In this document: piece by piece, positions 27,530-37,068 of the stretch
Layout: every line of letters starts with the position of its first letter
How positions within the stretch are numbered: position 1 is the stretch's first letter
Assembly (NCBI GenBank): GCA_044221365.1
Contig: JBGAPH010000012.1
Coordinates: 1,476-65,475 of the forward strand
Length of the DNA stretch: 64,000 bases
From: Pirellulales bacterium
Lineage (GTDB): Bacteria > Planctomycetota > Planctomycetia > Pirellulales > JBGAPH01
Direction of reading: 5' to 3'
Translations under genes and position numbers: made by a program
The notes under the pieces: generated by a model
Told to the model about the DNA's origin: nothing
What the model saw: only the letters and a program-made list of their open reading frames with translations
The model's database searches: none

Positions 27530-30367
27530 ATGGTAAAGAACGTGCGTTCGAGCGCACTGCGCGTCGAGGCGCTGGAGCAACGCCTAGCACTATCGGTTAG
27601 CGCGATGGCCGACGACGTGGCCACCACCATTGGCCCCACGACTGACGGACCGATCGACGTTCGTGTCGCGGATGCTGGCTTTCTTGCACCAGTTGGTTCG
27701 AGGGAATACCTGGAGGCCGGGATGCGCTTACGGCGCGAGCTTGGCTGGGTTGTCAACGAGCCCGTGCTTCTTCCAAACGGCAACTGGTATGCGGGTCCGT
27801 CGGGACAGATGGGCGAGGTCAACGAGTTGTTCAACCTGAATGCAGCGGATACGGTGAATGCGGACCAGGTGTGGGCGGGAGGCGGTCTTGGATTGAATTT
27901 GACTGGCGCGGGAGTGACGGTTGGCGTATGGGACGGCGGCCCAGTCTTGGCGACGCACAACGAGCTCGCCGGTCGAGTGACCGTCATCGATGCCGGCGGG
28001 GCCTCTAACCATGCAACTCACGTTGCGGGAACTATTGGCGCCACAGGCGTGAACGCTGCTGCGCGCGGCTTAGCAAGCGGCGTGGGAATCCGCAGTTATG
28101 ACCTTACGAATGATGTCGCCGAGATGTCCGGCGCCGCAACGCAAGTTACTGTGTCCAATCATTCGTACGGACTCAGAGTTGGCTGGACCGTCGCGGACCT
28201 CTTAGATGGTTTGGGTAATCGCGACCGCTGGTGGGACAATCGGTCGCTCCACACCGAAGATCCCGACTTTGGCAAGTACACAACAGCCACGCAGTCCCTC
28301 GACGCGATGCTGTTCGGAAGTCGTTTCTTTACGAGCGTTTGGGCGGCAGGAAATGATCGCGGCGAAGGGTTTCTAAATATTGGACAGGATGGTTATTACG
28401 CTACCACTTTTACGGCCGATCCGGGGGGCACGCGCTGGTACTTCAACGGCTCGACCCTTGTTCAGGGGTGGAACAACGCGGGCACCTATCTCGTGCCATT
28501 CACAGGCAACCCAAATTCCTCGGGTCCTCCTGTGGATGGGGTCTCCAATTACGACATGCTGCCGCCGATGCAAGTCGCAAAGAACGGAATTGTTGTCGGT
28601 TCCGTTGGCGACATCACTGCAGATCCATACACTGGGGCAGCGATTAGCGCTTTCTCCTCGATCGGGCCAACGGATGATGGCCGAATCAAGCCGGATCTGG
28701 TTGCGAACGGCGAAGTTCTGATTTCTTCACTTGCTACGGCGAACAATGCGTACTCAACAACCACCCCCGGTGCTTTAACTACTTACTCGGGCACGTCCAT
28801 GGCGGCCCCCGGTGTTACGGGCGCCGCTGCGTTGCTCGTCCAGCACTACCGCAACCTCTACCAGAACCAAACGCCCTGGAGCACCACGCTCAAGAGTCTG
28901 CTGATCCACACCGCCACCGACGCCGGCACGGTTGGGCCTGACTATGCCTACGGCTGGGGAGTGGTCAACACCGCCAACGCGGCCCAGTTCCTGACGAACT
29001 CCTCCTCCACCGACCCCACCCGCTGGCTATTCCAAGAAGAGTTCCGCTGGAAACAGGCATCCGAGCAGAACGAGTTCGTTCGCTATGTTTACTCGAATGG
29101 GACCGCGCCCCTCAAGGCCACGTTGGCCTGGCTCGACCCGGCGGCCACGACCTTGCCGGGATCGGGCCTCGACGATGCAACCTCGGTGCTGGTGCGCAAC
29201 CTCGACCTGACGATCACCGGACCCAGCGGGGCCGTCAGCTACCCATGGACGCTCAACCCGAACCTGCCCGGCTTGGCTGCCGTCCGAACCACGGCCAACA
29301 ACCGCGACAATGTCGAGCAGGTGCTGATCGACGCGCCGACTCAGGGCCTCTACACGATCCGCGTCCGCTACGGCGGCCCGAGCACCGACGGCGTGTTCCT
29401 CGTGCCGATGTCGCTCGTGGTCGATGGAGGGCTGGTCACGTCGCCGCCGCGCGTCGTCATGGTCGAGATCGACGGCGCCGGCAATGCGAACGCTCCGTAT
29501 TCGATCCCCTCCGGCAGCGGCGACCAGCTCCGGTCCGTGGCGGTCGGCGGGGCCAATCAGGTCCGCATCTCGTTCAATGAGCCAATCCAGACCACGAATC
29601 TGGCTAGCGCGCTGACGATCAACGGGATCACGATCCACCCCTATACGACCACGTTCGCTTACGACTCTTACAACTACTCGGCAACCTGGACGCTCCCCTC
29701 CGGTACCTACCCCAACGGTTTCAGCTACACCGATGCCGGGAGCACGGTTCACCCATTTGCCGACAAACTGCTGCTCACGCTCGACGACGCCAAGGTGCTC
29801 GACCGCGTGTCGAACATGCTGGACGGCGAGTGGACCAACCCCGATTACATTACCCAAGTAAGCTCCTCGATCAGTCGTTTTCCCTCGGGCACCGGCACGG
29901 CCGGCGGTGACTTTGTGTTCCGCGTGATCGTGATCAACGGCGAGTTCACGCAGGACAATGTGGTGGATCTCAACGATTTCGGGGTCTACAAGGACAATTT
30001 CGGCGTCGGCACGACCTACCTGCAAGGGGACGCCAACGGCAGCGGGCTGGTGGATTTGGGAGACAAGGGCATTCATCAGACGAACTTCGGCATCAGTTGG
30101 GCCAACTGGAACAACCAGCAGATGCTGATGGCCGGCGGTGGCGGCGGCGACCCTGAGGTGATGACGCAGGCGGAGCGCGACGCCCTGGGAGCCTGGATGG
30201 AAGCCGAGCTGCGGTCCTTTGTCCGCAAGCGACTGCACAACGACCCCGACTACCGCCTAGCTTTCCTGCGGCGCAATTCACTCGACTTCTTCTGGGAGTG
30301 GTACGGCGATCACACCAAGAAGGAAGAGGCCGAGATCCTCGAACTGCTGGCCACCGGCGGCGTCTGA
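27530..30367 (+). CDS. Subtilisin-like serine peptidase (S8) with N-terminal LEALEQRLALS motif and C-terminal dockerin-like Ca-binding repeats
   Basis: Catalytic D (VGVWDGG), H (NHATHVAG) and S (GTSMAAPGVTGAAALL). Dockerin-like DNVVDLNDFG...GDANGSGLVDLGD. GGAGG Shine-Dalgarno 9 nt upstream. Confidence 0.85.
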   Translation: MVKNVRSSALRVEALEQRLALSVSAMADDVATTIGPTTDGPIDVRVADAGFLAPVGSREYLEAGMRLRRELGWVVNEPVLLPNGNWYAGPSGQMGEVNELFNLNAADTVNADQVWAGGGLGLNLTGAGVTVGVWDGGPVLATHNELAGRVTVIDAGGASNHATHVAGTIGATGVNAAARGLASGVGIRSYDLTNDVAEMSGAATQVTVSNHSYGLRVGWTVADLLDGLGNRDRWWDNRSLHTEDPDFGKYTTATQSLDAMLFGSRFFTSVWAAGNDRGEGFLNIGQDGYYATTFTADPGGTRWYFNGSTLVQGWNNAGTYLVPFTGNPNSSGPPVDGVSNYDMLPPMQVAKNGIVVGSVGDITADPYTGAAISAFSSIGPTDDGRIKPDLVANGEVLISSLATANNAYSTTTPGALTTYSGTSMAAPGVTGAAALLVQHYRNLYQNQTPWSTTLKSLLIHTATDAGTVGPDYAYGWGVVNTANAAQFLTNSSSTDPTRWLFQEEFRWKQASEQNEFVRYVYSNGTAPLKATLAWLDPAATTLPGSGLDDATSVLVRNLDLTITGPSGAVSYPWTLNPNLPGLAAVRTTANNRDNVEQVLIDAPTQGLYTIRVRYGGPSTDGVFLVPMSLVVDGGLVTSPPRVVMVEIDGAGNANAPYSIPSGSGDQLRSVAVGGANQVRISFNEPIQTTNLASALTINGITIHPYTTTFAYDSYNYSATWTLPSGTYPNGFSYTDAGSTVHPFADKLLLTLDDAKVLDRVSNMLDGEWTNPDYITQVSSSISRFPSGTGTAGGDFVFRVIVINGEFTQDNVVDLNDFGVYKDNFGVGTTYLQGDANGSGLVDLGDKGIHQTNFGISWANWNNQQMLMAGGGGGDPEVMTQAERDALGAWMEAELRSFVRKRLHNDPDYRLAFLRRNSLDFFWEWYGDHTKKEEAEILELLATGGV

Positions 30368-30383
30368 TCGGGCAATGCCGTAC

Positions 30384-30401
30384 CGCGGTTTCCCAACCGC
30401 G
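30384..30401 (+). terminator. Candidate terminator hairpin CGCGGTT-TCCC-AACCGCG followed by CCTTTGCC, 17 nt past the S8 peptidase stop
   Basis: 7-bp perfect stem then a moderately T-rich tail. Confidence 0.35.
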
Positions 30402-30747
30402 CCTTTGCCACGGGCGCTCGCTCCGTGACGTCGCTTCTCAAACCGCGCATCCTTCCCACCGCGCCGTGAGGTCTGCGGTTCGCCCACGAGCGACCGCTTG
30501 TGCTCGCAGTAGGTAAATCCCAGCGGAAACGCCGGTTGCGCAAACTGTCCGGTCTCATTCTCGGTCAGCCCGGAAGGGGCTACTCGCACTTGAGAAGTCC
30601 CTCGGGACGTATGCTTTCCGCGCTCCCGCAACGCGGTATGATGAGCGGATTGGCAGGGAGCGGCCTTCCCCGGGGCAGGGAATAATCGCCCGGGGCGCTC
30701 GAATCACACTGCGCAACCACCTGCAACCCTTTTTCAGGCCAAGCCCC

Positions 30748-31257
30748 ATGCCCGAACCGAAACAACACGCCGACAAGCGCAATTGGCTGGAAAGCCTGGG
30801 GCGGAAGATCCCCGGCTTCCGCGGTTACCTGGAAAAGGAGTACCGCCGCGAGAGCGACGAACTGCAGCGCAAGTGGCTGGCCGACCAGCTCCAGCGCTCC
30901 AAGCGCGGGCTGAACGAGTATGCCCGCAGCCTGGCCGAGGCGGCGCAGGTCGACCAGCTTCCGCAGATCGAGCGGCTGCGCTCCAAGCTCGACCGCTTGA
31001 TCGGCCGGATCACGAGCGCCATGCAGGGCTATAGCGGCGTGTTCGACCTGGTGCGCGTGCAGGAAGACGAGCTCGACCGCTTGTACCAGCACGACGTTGG
31101 CATGATGCAGGAGATCGAGGCCCTGGCCGACGAGCTCGACAAGATGCCCTCGAACGCCCGGCCTGTGCCGGAGGCGGTGTCGTCAATCGTGGCCAAGATC
31201 GAGGCCGCGGAACAGAATTGGGATCGCCGCGAAGACATTCTCAAGGGGCTCGAGTAG
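30748..31257 (+). CDS. Hypothetical coiled-coil protein (169 aa)
   Basis: Heptad-rich, charged sequence; first gene of a tight three-gene plus-strand cluster. Confidence 0.5.
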   Translation: MPEPKQHADKRNWLESLGRKIPGFRGYLEKEYRRESDELQRKWLADQLQRSKRGLNEYARSLAEAAQVDQLPQIERLRSKLDRLIGRITSAMQGYSGVFDLVRVQEDELDRLYQHDVGMMQEIEALADELDKMPSNARPVPEAVSSIVAKIEAAEQNWDRREDILKGLE

Positions 31258-31316
31258 CGCTCGCCTGCCCTTTTCCTCTCCCGAACACTCCGTCTCTATT
31301 GCCAGGGTTCTGACCC

Positions 31317-32684
31317 ATGCGTCTTGAAGTCATCGAATTCTTCGACGAATCCAACCGCACGCTCGTGCAACGCGTGCCGCCGCAAGGCTCGACCGACATC
31401 AAGCTCGGCGCGCAGCTCATCGTGCAGGAGAACCAGGAAGCGGTCTTCTTTCGCGACGGCAAGGCGCTCGACAACTTCGGCCCCGGCCGGCACACGCTGA
31501 CCACGGCCAACGTGCCGTACATCACGCGGATTCTCACCATCCCGTGGGAGAAGTCGCCGTTCACGGCCTCGGTCTACTTCATCGGCAAGCAGACCTTCCT
31601 CGATCAAAAGTGGGGCACGCGGCAGCCGCTCACGGTGCGCGACCCCGAGTTCGGCATGGTCCGGCTGCGGAGTTTCGGCAAGTACTCGTTCCGCGTGGTC
31701 GACGCGCCCCTCCTGGTGGGCACGCTCGTCGGCACGCAGGGAAAGTACACCACCGACGAGGTCACCTCGTTTCTCCGCGACCTGATCGTCAGCCGGCTCA
31801 ACGACCTGATCGGCACATTGGGGCACGGCCTGTTGGACCTGGCGGCCAAGTACGACGAGGTGTCGGCCGGCACGCGGGCCAAGGTGGCCGATGACTTCGC
31901 CAAGTACGGCCTCGAGCTGGCCGACTTCTTCATCAACGCCATCACGCCGCCCGACGAAGTGCTCAAGGCGATCGACGCCCGCAGCTCGATGGGCGCGGTC
32001 GGCGACCTGAACGCCTACCTCAAGTTCCAGGCGGCCAACAGCATGAGCAAGATGGCCGAGCATCCCGGCGGCTCCGGGGGCGACGCCTTGAACCTGGGCA
32101 TGGGCGCGGGCTTCGGCATGATGATGCCCGGCATGATCCGCGAGGCGATGGCCGCGGGCGCTACTCAGGCGGGCGGTCCTGCCCAAGCGCGCTCGGCCGC
32201 GGCTGCCGCGGCGCCGGCAGGAGCGGCTGCCGCTGGGGGAGCGGGGCTCGACTTCTCAGGGCTCTCGCCGGTGAAGGTCGATCCCAAGGCGATGGTCCGC
32301 TCGGTGGCGGCCGCTTCGAGCTACGGCGTGGAAGAGGCGGGCGAGACATTCCGCATCACGGTGCCGATCGGCGGCCTGCGGAAGCAGGTGGTCCGCGTGC
32401 AGTTCGACGCCAAGGACGACGAGGGGAACCCGGTCGTCAAGTACAGCTCGACCTGCGGCCCGGCCAACGAGAAGAACTCCATGGCCCTGCTCCGCTACAA
32501 CACCAAGATGGTGCATGGCGCCTTCGCGGTGGAAACGATCGACGGCCAAGAAGCGATCGTGGTGCAGGCCAACCAGTTGGCTGAGGCGATGAGCGTCATG
32601 GACGTCACCCGCGTGCTCACGGCCATCGCCTATCAGGCCGACAAGGTCGAGCAAACGCTGCTCGGCGACGCCGACCAGCACTGA
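31317..32684 (+). CDS. SPFH/Band-7-like protein (LSDV virion-core-like, YdjI-type) with Gly/Met-rich linker and C-terminal YbjN-like domain
   Basis: N-terminal ~280 aa match the Band_7_1 family ([11 protein letters not shown]...[12 protein letters not shown]...[11 protein letters not shown]...). C-terminal ~130 aa resemble the YbjN sensory-transduction-regulator fold. Confidence 0.7.
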   Translation: MRLEVIEFFDESNRTLVQRVPPQGSTDIKLGAQLIVQENQEAVFFRDGKALDNFGPGRHTLTTANVPYITRILTIPWEKSPFTASVYFIGKQTFLDQKWGTRQPLTVRDPEFGMVRLRSFGKYSFRVVDAPLLVGTLVGTQGKYTTDEVTSFLRDLIVSRLNDLIGTLGHGLLDLAAKYDEVSAGTRAKVADDFAKYGLELADFFINAITPPDEVLKAIDARSSMGAVGDLNAYLKFQAANSMSKMAEHPGGSGGDALNLGMGAGFGMMMPGMIREAMAAGATQAGGPAQARSAAAAAAPAGAAAAGGAGLDFSGLSPVKVDPKAMVRSVAAASSYGVEEAGETFRITVPIGGLRKQVVRVQFDAKDDEGNPVVKYSSTCGPANEKNSMALLRYNTKMVHGAFAVETIDGQEAIVVQANQLAEAMSVMDVTRVLTAIAYQADKVEQTLLGDADQH

Positions 32685-32707
32685 AATAGCGACCCGCGCT
32701 GGCCGCG

Positions 32708-33487
32708 ATGCTGATCACCCTTACCACCGATTTCGGTTTGGCCGGCCCCTACGTGGCGGCCATGAAGGGGGTGATCTTGTCGATCAACCCGGCGGCCACG
32801 ATCGTCGACGTGTCGCACGCGGTGCGGCCGCAAGACGTGCGCGGCGGGGCGCTGCTCTTGGCCGACGTCGTCCACTGGTACCCCGCCGGCGCCATCCATG
32901 TGGCGGTGGTCGATCCGGGCGTCGGCACGGCGCGGCGGATCGTCGCTTTCGAGGCGGCGGGGCAGCGATTCGTCGGCCCCGACAACGGCCTCTTCAGCCG
33001 CATCACGGCCGTCGTGCAGCCCGAACGGATCGTGGCGGTCGAGAACCCGCGCTACCGGCTAGCCCCCACGTCGGCCACGTTCCACGGCCGAGATATCATG
33101 GCCCCGGCCGCCGCGCACCTGAGCCTGGGGCTTGATCTCGAGGCGCTGGGCCCGCGGCTCGAGTCGATCGCCACGCTCGACTGGCGCGAGCCCGAAGCGC
33201 AGGCGGACCGGCTGCTTGGCCAGATTGAATCGATCGACGCCTTCGGCAACCTGATCACGAATGTCCGCGCCGGGCATCTGGCGGCACTCGGATCGGGCAA
33301 GTTAACGATCGCCTGCGATGGCGCAACAGTCGAGGGAGTGCTGCAAACGTATGGTGAAGGGGCCGCCGGGCAACTGGTGTCACTCGTCGGCTCGAGCGGG
33401 CGGCTGGAGTTGGCCGTAGTCGGCGGCAGCGCCGCGGCGCGGCTCAACGCGCAGGTGGGAGACTCGGTGGTCGTGATGCGCGGATGA
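32708..33487 (+). CDS. S-adenosyl-L-methionine hydroxide adenosyltransferase (DUF62 / SAM-cleaving enzyme family)
   Basis: ITLTTDFG, VVDPGVGT and NGL motifs of the DUF62 family. Confidence 0.8.
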   Translation: MLITLTTDFGLAGPYVAAMKGVILSINPAATIVDVSHAVRPQDVRGGALLLADVVHWYPAGAIHVAVVDPGVGTARRIVAFEAAGQRFVGPDNGLFSRITAVVQPERIVAVENPRYRLAPTSATFHGRDIMAPAAAHLSLGLDLEALGPRLESIATLDWREPEAQADRLLGQIESIDAFGNLITNVRAGHLAALGSGKLTIACDGATVEGVLQTYGEGAAGQLVSLVGSSGRLELAVVGGSAAARLNAQVGDSVVVMRG

Positions 33488-33510
33488 AGGCCCGCAAGCC
33501 ACCGCCCCGA

Positions 33511-33519
33511 TGGTATAAT
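33511..33519 (+). promoter_or_regulatory. Extended -10 promoter element TGGTATAAT
   Basis: TGnTATAAT match 48 nt upstream of the GTG start at 33567. Confidence 0.3.
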
Positions 33520-33566
33520 TCTTCGCCTACGGGGGAAGGGACACAGCGACCAACCGGCGGACGAGC

Positions 33567-33845
33567 GTGACCAGCAAGCGGCGTGGAATCAACCCGTTTT
33601 ATGTGCTCGTGGTGATCGTGGGCACGGCGTTCACGGTCACGGCGTTCGCCTACGGCGTAATGGCCTTCCGGGCGTTCCGCTCGTCGGCCGCGCCCCGGGC
33701 CGACGCCGAGGACTCGGGCGAACGGCTGATGGCCCTGCTCGACCGCCGCGGGCTCGAGATCATGGGCTGCGAGCTGGCGATCCTGGGGGTGGCCAGCGTG
33801 GCGGCGATGTCTTCGGATAAGTGGTGGCAAACCAAGCAACCTTAG
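33567..33845 (+). CDS. Hypothetical small membrane protein (GTG start)
   Basis: Two hydrophobic helices; no ATG in frame. Confidence 0.3.
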   Translation: MTSKRRGINPFYVLVVIVGTAFTVTAFAYGVMAFRAFRSSAAPRADAEDSGERLMALLDRRGLEIMGCELAILGVASVAAMSSDKWWQTKQP

Positions 33846-33921
33846 CGTTCACGTCCCCCTTCAACACAGGTCACTCATGAAAGTCTGCCGCAGCCAAGCC
33901 GTCCCTCAAAAGGAAGTCACC

Positions 33922-34266
33922 ATGGAAGGCGCCCACGGGTGTCAGGTTCGCTGGTTGGTCGGCGAGCCCGATGGCGCGCCGAACTTCGCCATGCGCGAGT
34001 TCGTGGTGGCCCCCGGCGGCTACACGCCCCGGCACAGCCATCCCTATGAGCACGAAGTGTTCGTGCTCGAAGGGGAAGGCGTAGTCGTCGAGGGGAGCGA
34101 GCCCCACGTCATCCGCGCGGGCGACGTCGTCTTCGTCGTGCCGGACGAGATCCACCAATTCAAGAACACCGGCGCCGCGCCGCTCAAGTTCCTCTGCGTC
34201 GTCCCGCACGTGCCGGCCGACACTCCGGTGCGGCTGGCGCCGGAGTGCGCGGCAGTGGCCGAGTAG
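33922..34266 (+). CDS. Cupin-domain protein
   Basis: HSHPYEHEVFVLEGEG cupin motif; ATG at 33922 preceded by AAGGAAG (the track ORF starts 15 codons earlier). Confidence 0.7.
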   Translation: MEGAHGCQVRWLVGEPDGAPNFAMREFVVAPGGYTPRHSHPYEHEVFVLEGEGVVVEGSEPHVIRAGDVVFVVPDEIHQFKNTGAAPLKFLCVVPHVPADTPVRLAPECAAVAE

Positions 34267-34284
34267 CTCGCGCGAGGTCGTCCG

Positions 34285-35682
34285 ATGAAGCCCCGCACCG
34301 CCCTGTGTGCGCTCGCGGCACTCGCCGTCCTCTTCGGCGCTTGCTCTGCTGCACATGCTCAGGCCCCACGGCCCAACATCGTCTTCATCCTGGCCGACGA
34401 CCTGGGCTACGGAGATCTCGGCTGCTACGGCCAGACCAAGATCAAAACGCCGCGGCTCGATCGCATGGCGGCCGAGGGACTGCGCTTCACCCAGTTCTAC
34501 GCCGGATCGACCGTTTGCGCTCCCTCCCGCTGCACCCTGATGACCGGCCTGCATACGGGCCACTGCCGCGTGCGCGGCAACCAGAGGGCCAACCTCCGGG
34601 CCGAAGACTACACGGTCGCCGAGTCCTTGCAGGCGGCTGGCTACGCGACGGCCCTGGTCGGCAAGTGGGGGCTCGGCGACGAAGGGAACGACGGGCAGCC
34701 CACGCGGCAAGGGTTCGACCACTTCTTCGGCTTCCTCACGCAAGGGCACGCGCACAATTACTACCCCGACTACCTCTTCCGCGGCGAGCAGCGGGTTTCT
34801 CTTCGCAACGAGCAGGCGCCCGCGGCGCCCTCCTCCGGCAGGTACGGCGCTGGCTATGCCGTCAAGAAGCTCGAGTATGCCCATGACCTGTTCGTGGACG
34901 ACGCGCTGCGTTGGCTCGAGCAGGCAGGCGAGCGGCCTTTTTTCCTCTACTTGGCCCTCACCATCCCCCACGCCAACAACGAAGCCTTCGCCGCCACCGG
35001 CGATGGGCAAGAAGTTCCCGACTATGGCCCCTACGCCAACGAACCTTGGTCGACGCCTGCCAAAGGGCAGGCGGCCATGATCTCGCGGATGGACACCGAC
35101 ATCGGCCGACTGCTCGACAAGCTGGCGGAGCGTGGCCTCGCCCGCAACACGCTCGTGCTCTTCAGTTCCGACAACGGTCCTCACCGCGAAGGAGGCTTCG
35201 ACCTCGAGACGTTCGACCCCAACGGCCCCTTGCGCGGGATCAAGCGCGATCTCTACGAAGGCGGGATTCGCGTCCCCTGCTTCGCCTATTGGCCCGGAAC
35301 GATCGCGCCGGGTCAGGTGAGCGACCACATTGCCTACCATGGCGACTTCTTCGCGACCGCGGCCGAGTTGGCAGGCGCCTCGGCCGAAACGGCGCGCGAC
35401 AGTGTCAGCTTCGCGCCTTTGCTCCGGGGCAATGCCCAGGCTCTCTCACCGCGCCCCCATCTCTATTGGGAGTTCCACGAGAATGGCTTCCATCAGGCGG
35501 TGCGCGCAGGCCGCTGGAAGGGAGTGCGGCACGGACTGCAGGGGCCGCTCGAGGTGTACGACCTGGAAGCCGACCTGGCTGAAGCGCAAGATCGGGCGGG
35601 GGATCGGCCGGAGATCGCCGCTCAGCTTCGCGCGGCGCTCGACCAATCGCGTACAGCCGAACCTGAGTGGCCCGCCAAGTGA
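34285..35682 (+). CDS. Arylsulfatase (type I sulfatase family) with signal peptide
   Basis: Sulfatase signature C-A-P-S-R (STVCAPSRCTLMTG) and GKWGLG. Confidence 0.9.
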   Translation: MKPRTALCALAALAVLFGACSAAHAQAPRPNIVFILADDLGYGDLGCYGQTKIKTPRLDRMAAEGLRFTQFYAGSTVCAPSRCTLMTGLHTGHCRVRGNQRANLRAEDYTVAESLQAAGYATALVGKWGLGDEGNDGQPTRQGFDHFFGFLTQGHAHNYYPDYLFRGEQRVSLRNEQAPAAPSSGRYGAGYAVKKLEYAHDLFVDDALRWLEQAGERPFFLYLALTIPHANNEAFAATGDGQEVPDYGPYANEPWSTPAKGQAAMISRMDTDIGRLLDKLAERGLARNTLVLFSSDNGPHREGGFDLETFDPNGPLRGIKRDLYEGGIRVPCFAYWPGTIAPGQVSDHIAYHGDFFATAAELAGASAETARDSVSFAPLLRGNAQALSPRPHLYWEFHENGFHQAVRAGRWKGVRHGLQGPLEVYDLEADLAEAQDRAGDRPEIAAQLRAALDQSRTAEPEWPAK

Positions 35683-35688
35683 AGCCGT

Positions 35689-35928
35689 TTAGCCGCGCCG
35701 CCGCTTGCGGCCGGTGGGCGCCGACCCGCGCGACACGCTCGTCACCAGCAGCAGATCGATGATCTCCACGATCTCGTCGTGCGTGTTTACGAAGATCGTG
35801 CGGCCCCCTTGCGTCTGGAACAAAAGCTCCGGGTGCGGGACGTCAATTGCCCGGCCATCGGCCAGATTGAGGGTGAAGGGCTCGAATGGCTTCGCCTGAT
35901 GAAGCTTGCGAATCTGGTCGGAAGTCAT
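35689..35928 (-). CDS. Hypothetical protein (79 aa)
   Basis: Internal ATG of the track ORF 35689..36030; no domain recognised. Confidence 0.3.
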   Translation of the reverse strand: MTSDQIRKLHQAKPFEPFTLNLADGRAIDVPHPELLFQTQGGRTIFVNTHDEIVEIIDLLLVTSVSRGSAPTGRKRRRG

Positions 35929-36158
35929 ACGGCTACGCCCCAGGTATCTAGGAAGCCCGCGAAACGAACCTTCCGCCATTCTACCGTCGGCGCGCCCCTG
36001 CAGCCGAGGGCCGCCGCAACGGAGGATCAACGAACGTCCAACGAAGCGCCGCTGGCGCTCGCAGCGGCGCCGGCGTCCCGCCGCGGACTGGTGGAACCTA
36101 GCCCACGCCGGTACGCTAACAGTTCAGTACGGCCTCTAGCCCCAAAGCCACTGCCCGC

Positions 36159-36785
36159 ATGTCGATTTCCCCCAGCCCCGCCGCCGACGGCCTCAGCCCC
36201 GCCGACGAGGCACGGCTGGTGGCCGATCTCCAGCGGGGCGCCCCCGAGGCCTACGAGCGGTTGGTGCGGGCGTATGGCGGCCGGATGCTGGCCGTCGCCC
36301 GCAGATTCCTCAAAAACGACGAAGACGCCCAGGAAGCGGTGCAGGACGCGTTTCTTTCCGCGTTCCGCGGCATCCAAGGATTTGCCGGCCAGTCGCGGTT
36401 GTCGACTTGGCTGCACCGGATCGCCGTGAACGCGGCCCTGATGAAGCTCCGCAAGCAGCAGTCGAAGGGCGAGCGCCTGATCGACGATCTGCTGCCGCGG
36501 TTCATCGAAGACGGCCACCACGCCGAGCCGGCCGATCCCTGGGCGCGCACCGCCGACCAGGTGGCGGCGACCCGCGAAACCCGCGCCCTGGTGCGGGCGG
36601 CGATCGACGAATTGCCCGAGATTTATCGCACCGTACTCATGCTCCGCGACATCGAAGAACTCGACACGGCCGAGGCGGCCAACCTGCTGGAAGTGAGCGA
36701 CTCCGTGGTGAAAACCCGGCTGCACCGGGCACGGCAGGCCCTGCGGACCGCGCTCGACCGCCGCTTGGGGGAGGCCGCCCGATGA
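36159..36785 (+). CDS. ECF sigma factor
   Basis: Regions 2 and 4 present; ATGA overlap with the downstream anti-sigma gene. Confidence 0.85.
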   Translation: MSISPSPAADGLSPADEARLVADLQRGAPEAYERLVRAYGGRMLAVARRFLKNDEDAQEAVQDAFLSAFRGIQGFAGQSRLSTWLHRIAVNAALMKLRKQQSKGERLIDDLLPRFIEDGHHAEPADPWARTADQVAATRETRALVRAAIDELPEIYRTVLMLRDIEELDTAEAANLLEVSDSVVKTRLHRARQALRTALDRRLGEAAR

Positions 36786-37045
36786 TCACCTGCCAAAAGC
36801 TGGTCGACTTTCTGCTCGACTACGTCAGCAAGGAATTGCCGGAGGAGCAGCGGCGGGCCTTCGAAGAACATTTGGCCCTCTGTCCTCCGTGCGTCACCTA
36901 CATGAAGACCTACCTGCAATCGGTGGAGATGGCCCGCAAGACGCTTCAGGCGGAGCAGGCCGAGGCGCCTCCGCTGCCGGAGCCCCTGGTGAAGGCCATC
37001 TTGGCGGCCCGCTGTCCGCAGGGCCCCAATCGTCCGCTGGCCTAG
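36782..37045 (+). CDS. Zinc-dependent anti-sigma factor (ZAS, zf-HC2: HLALCPPC)
   Basis: H-x3-C-x2-C motif, immediately downstream of and overlapping the ECF sigma stop. Confidence 0.7.
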   Translation: MITCQKLVDFLLDYVSKELPEEQRRAFEEHLALCPPCVTYMKTYLQSVEMARKTLQAEQAEAPPLPEPLVKAILAARCPQGPNRPLA

Positions 37046-37068
37046 CCGCTCTTCCGCGCTCATTTTTC

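Noticed and set aside
26504-30367. Possible horizontally acquired island (HAF + S8 peptidase) based on lower GC
   Set aside because: Spot GC counts (58-70%) fall within the range seen in core genes elsewhere in the window, so compositional evidence is not convincing.
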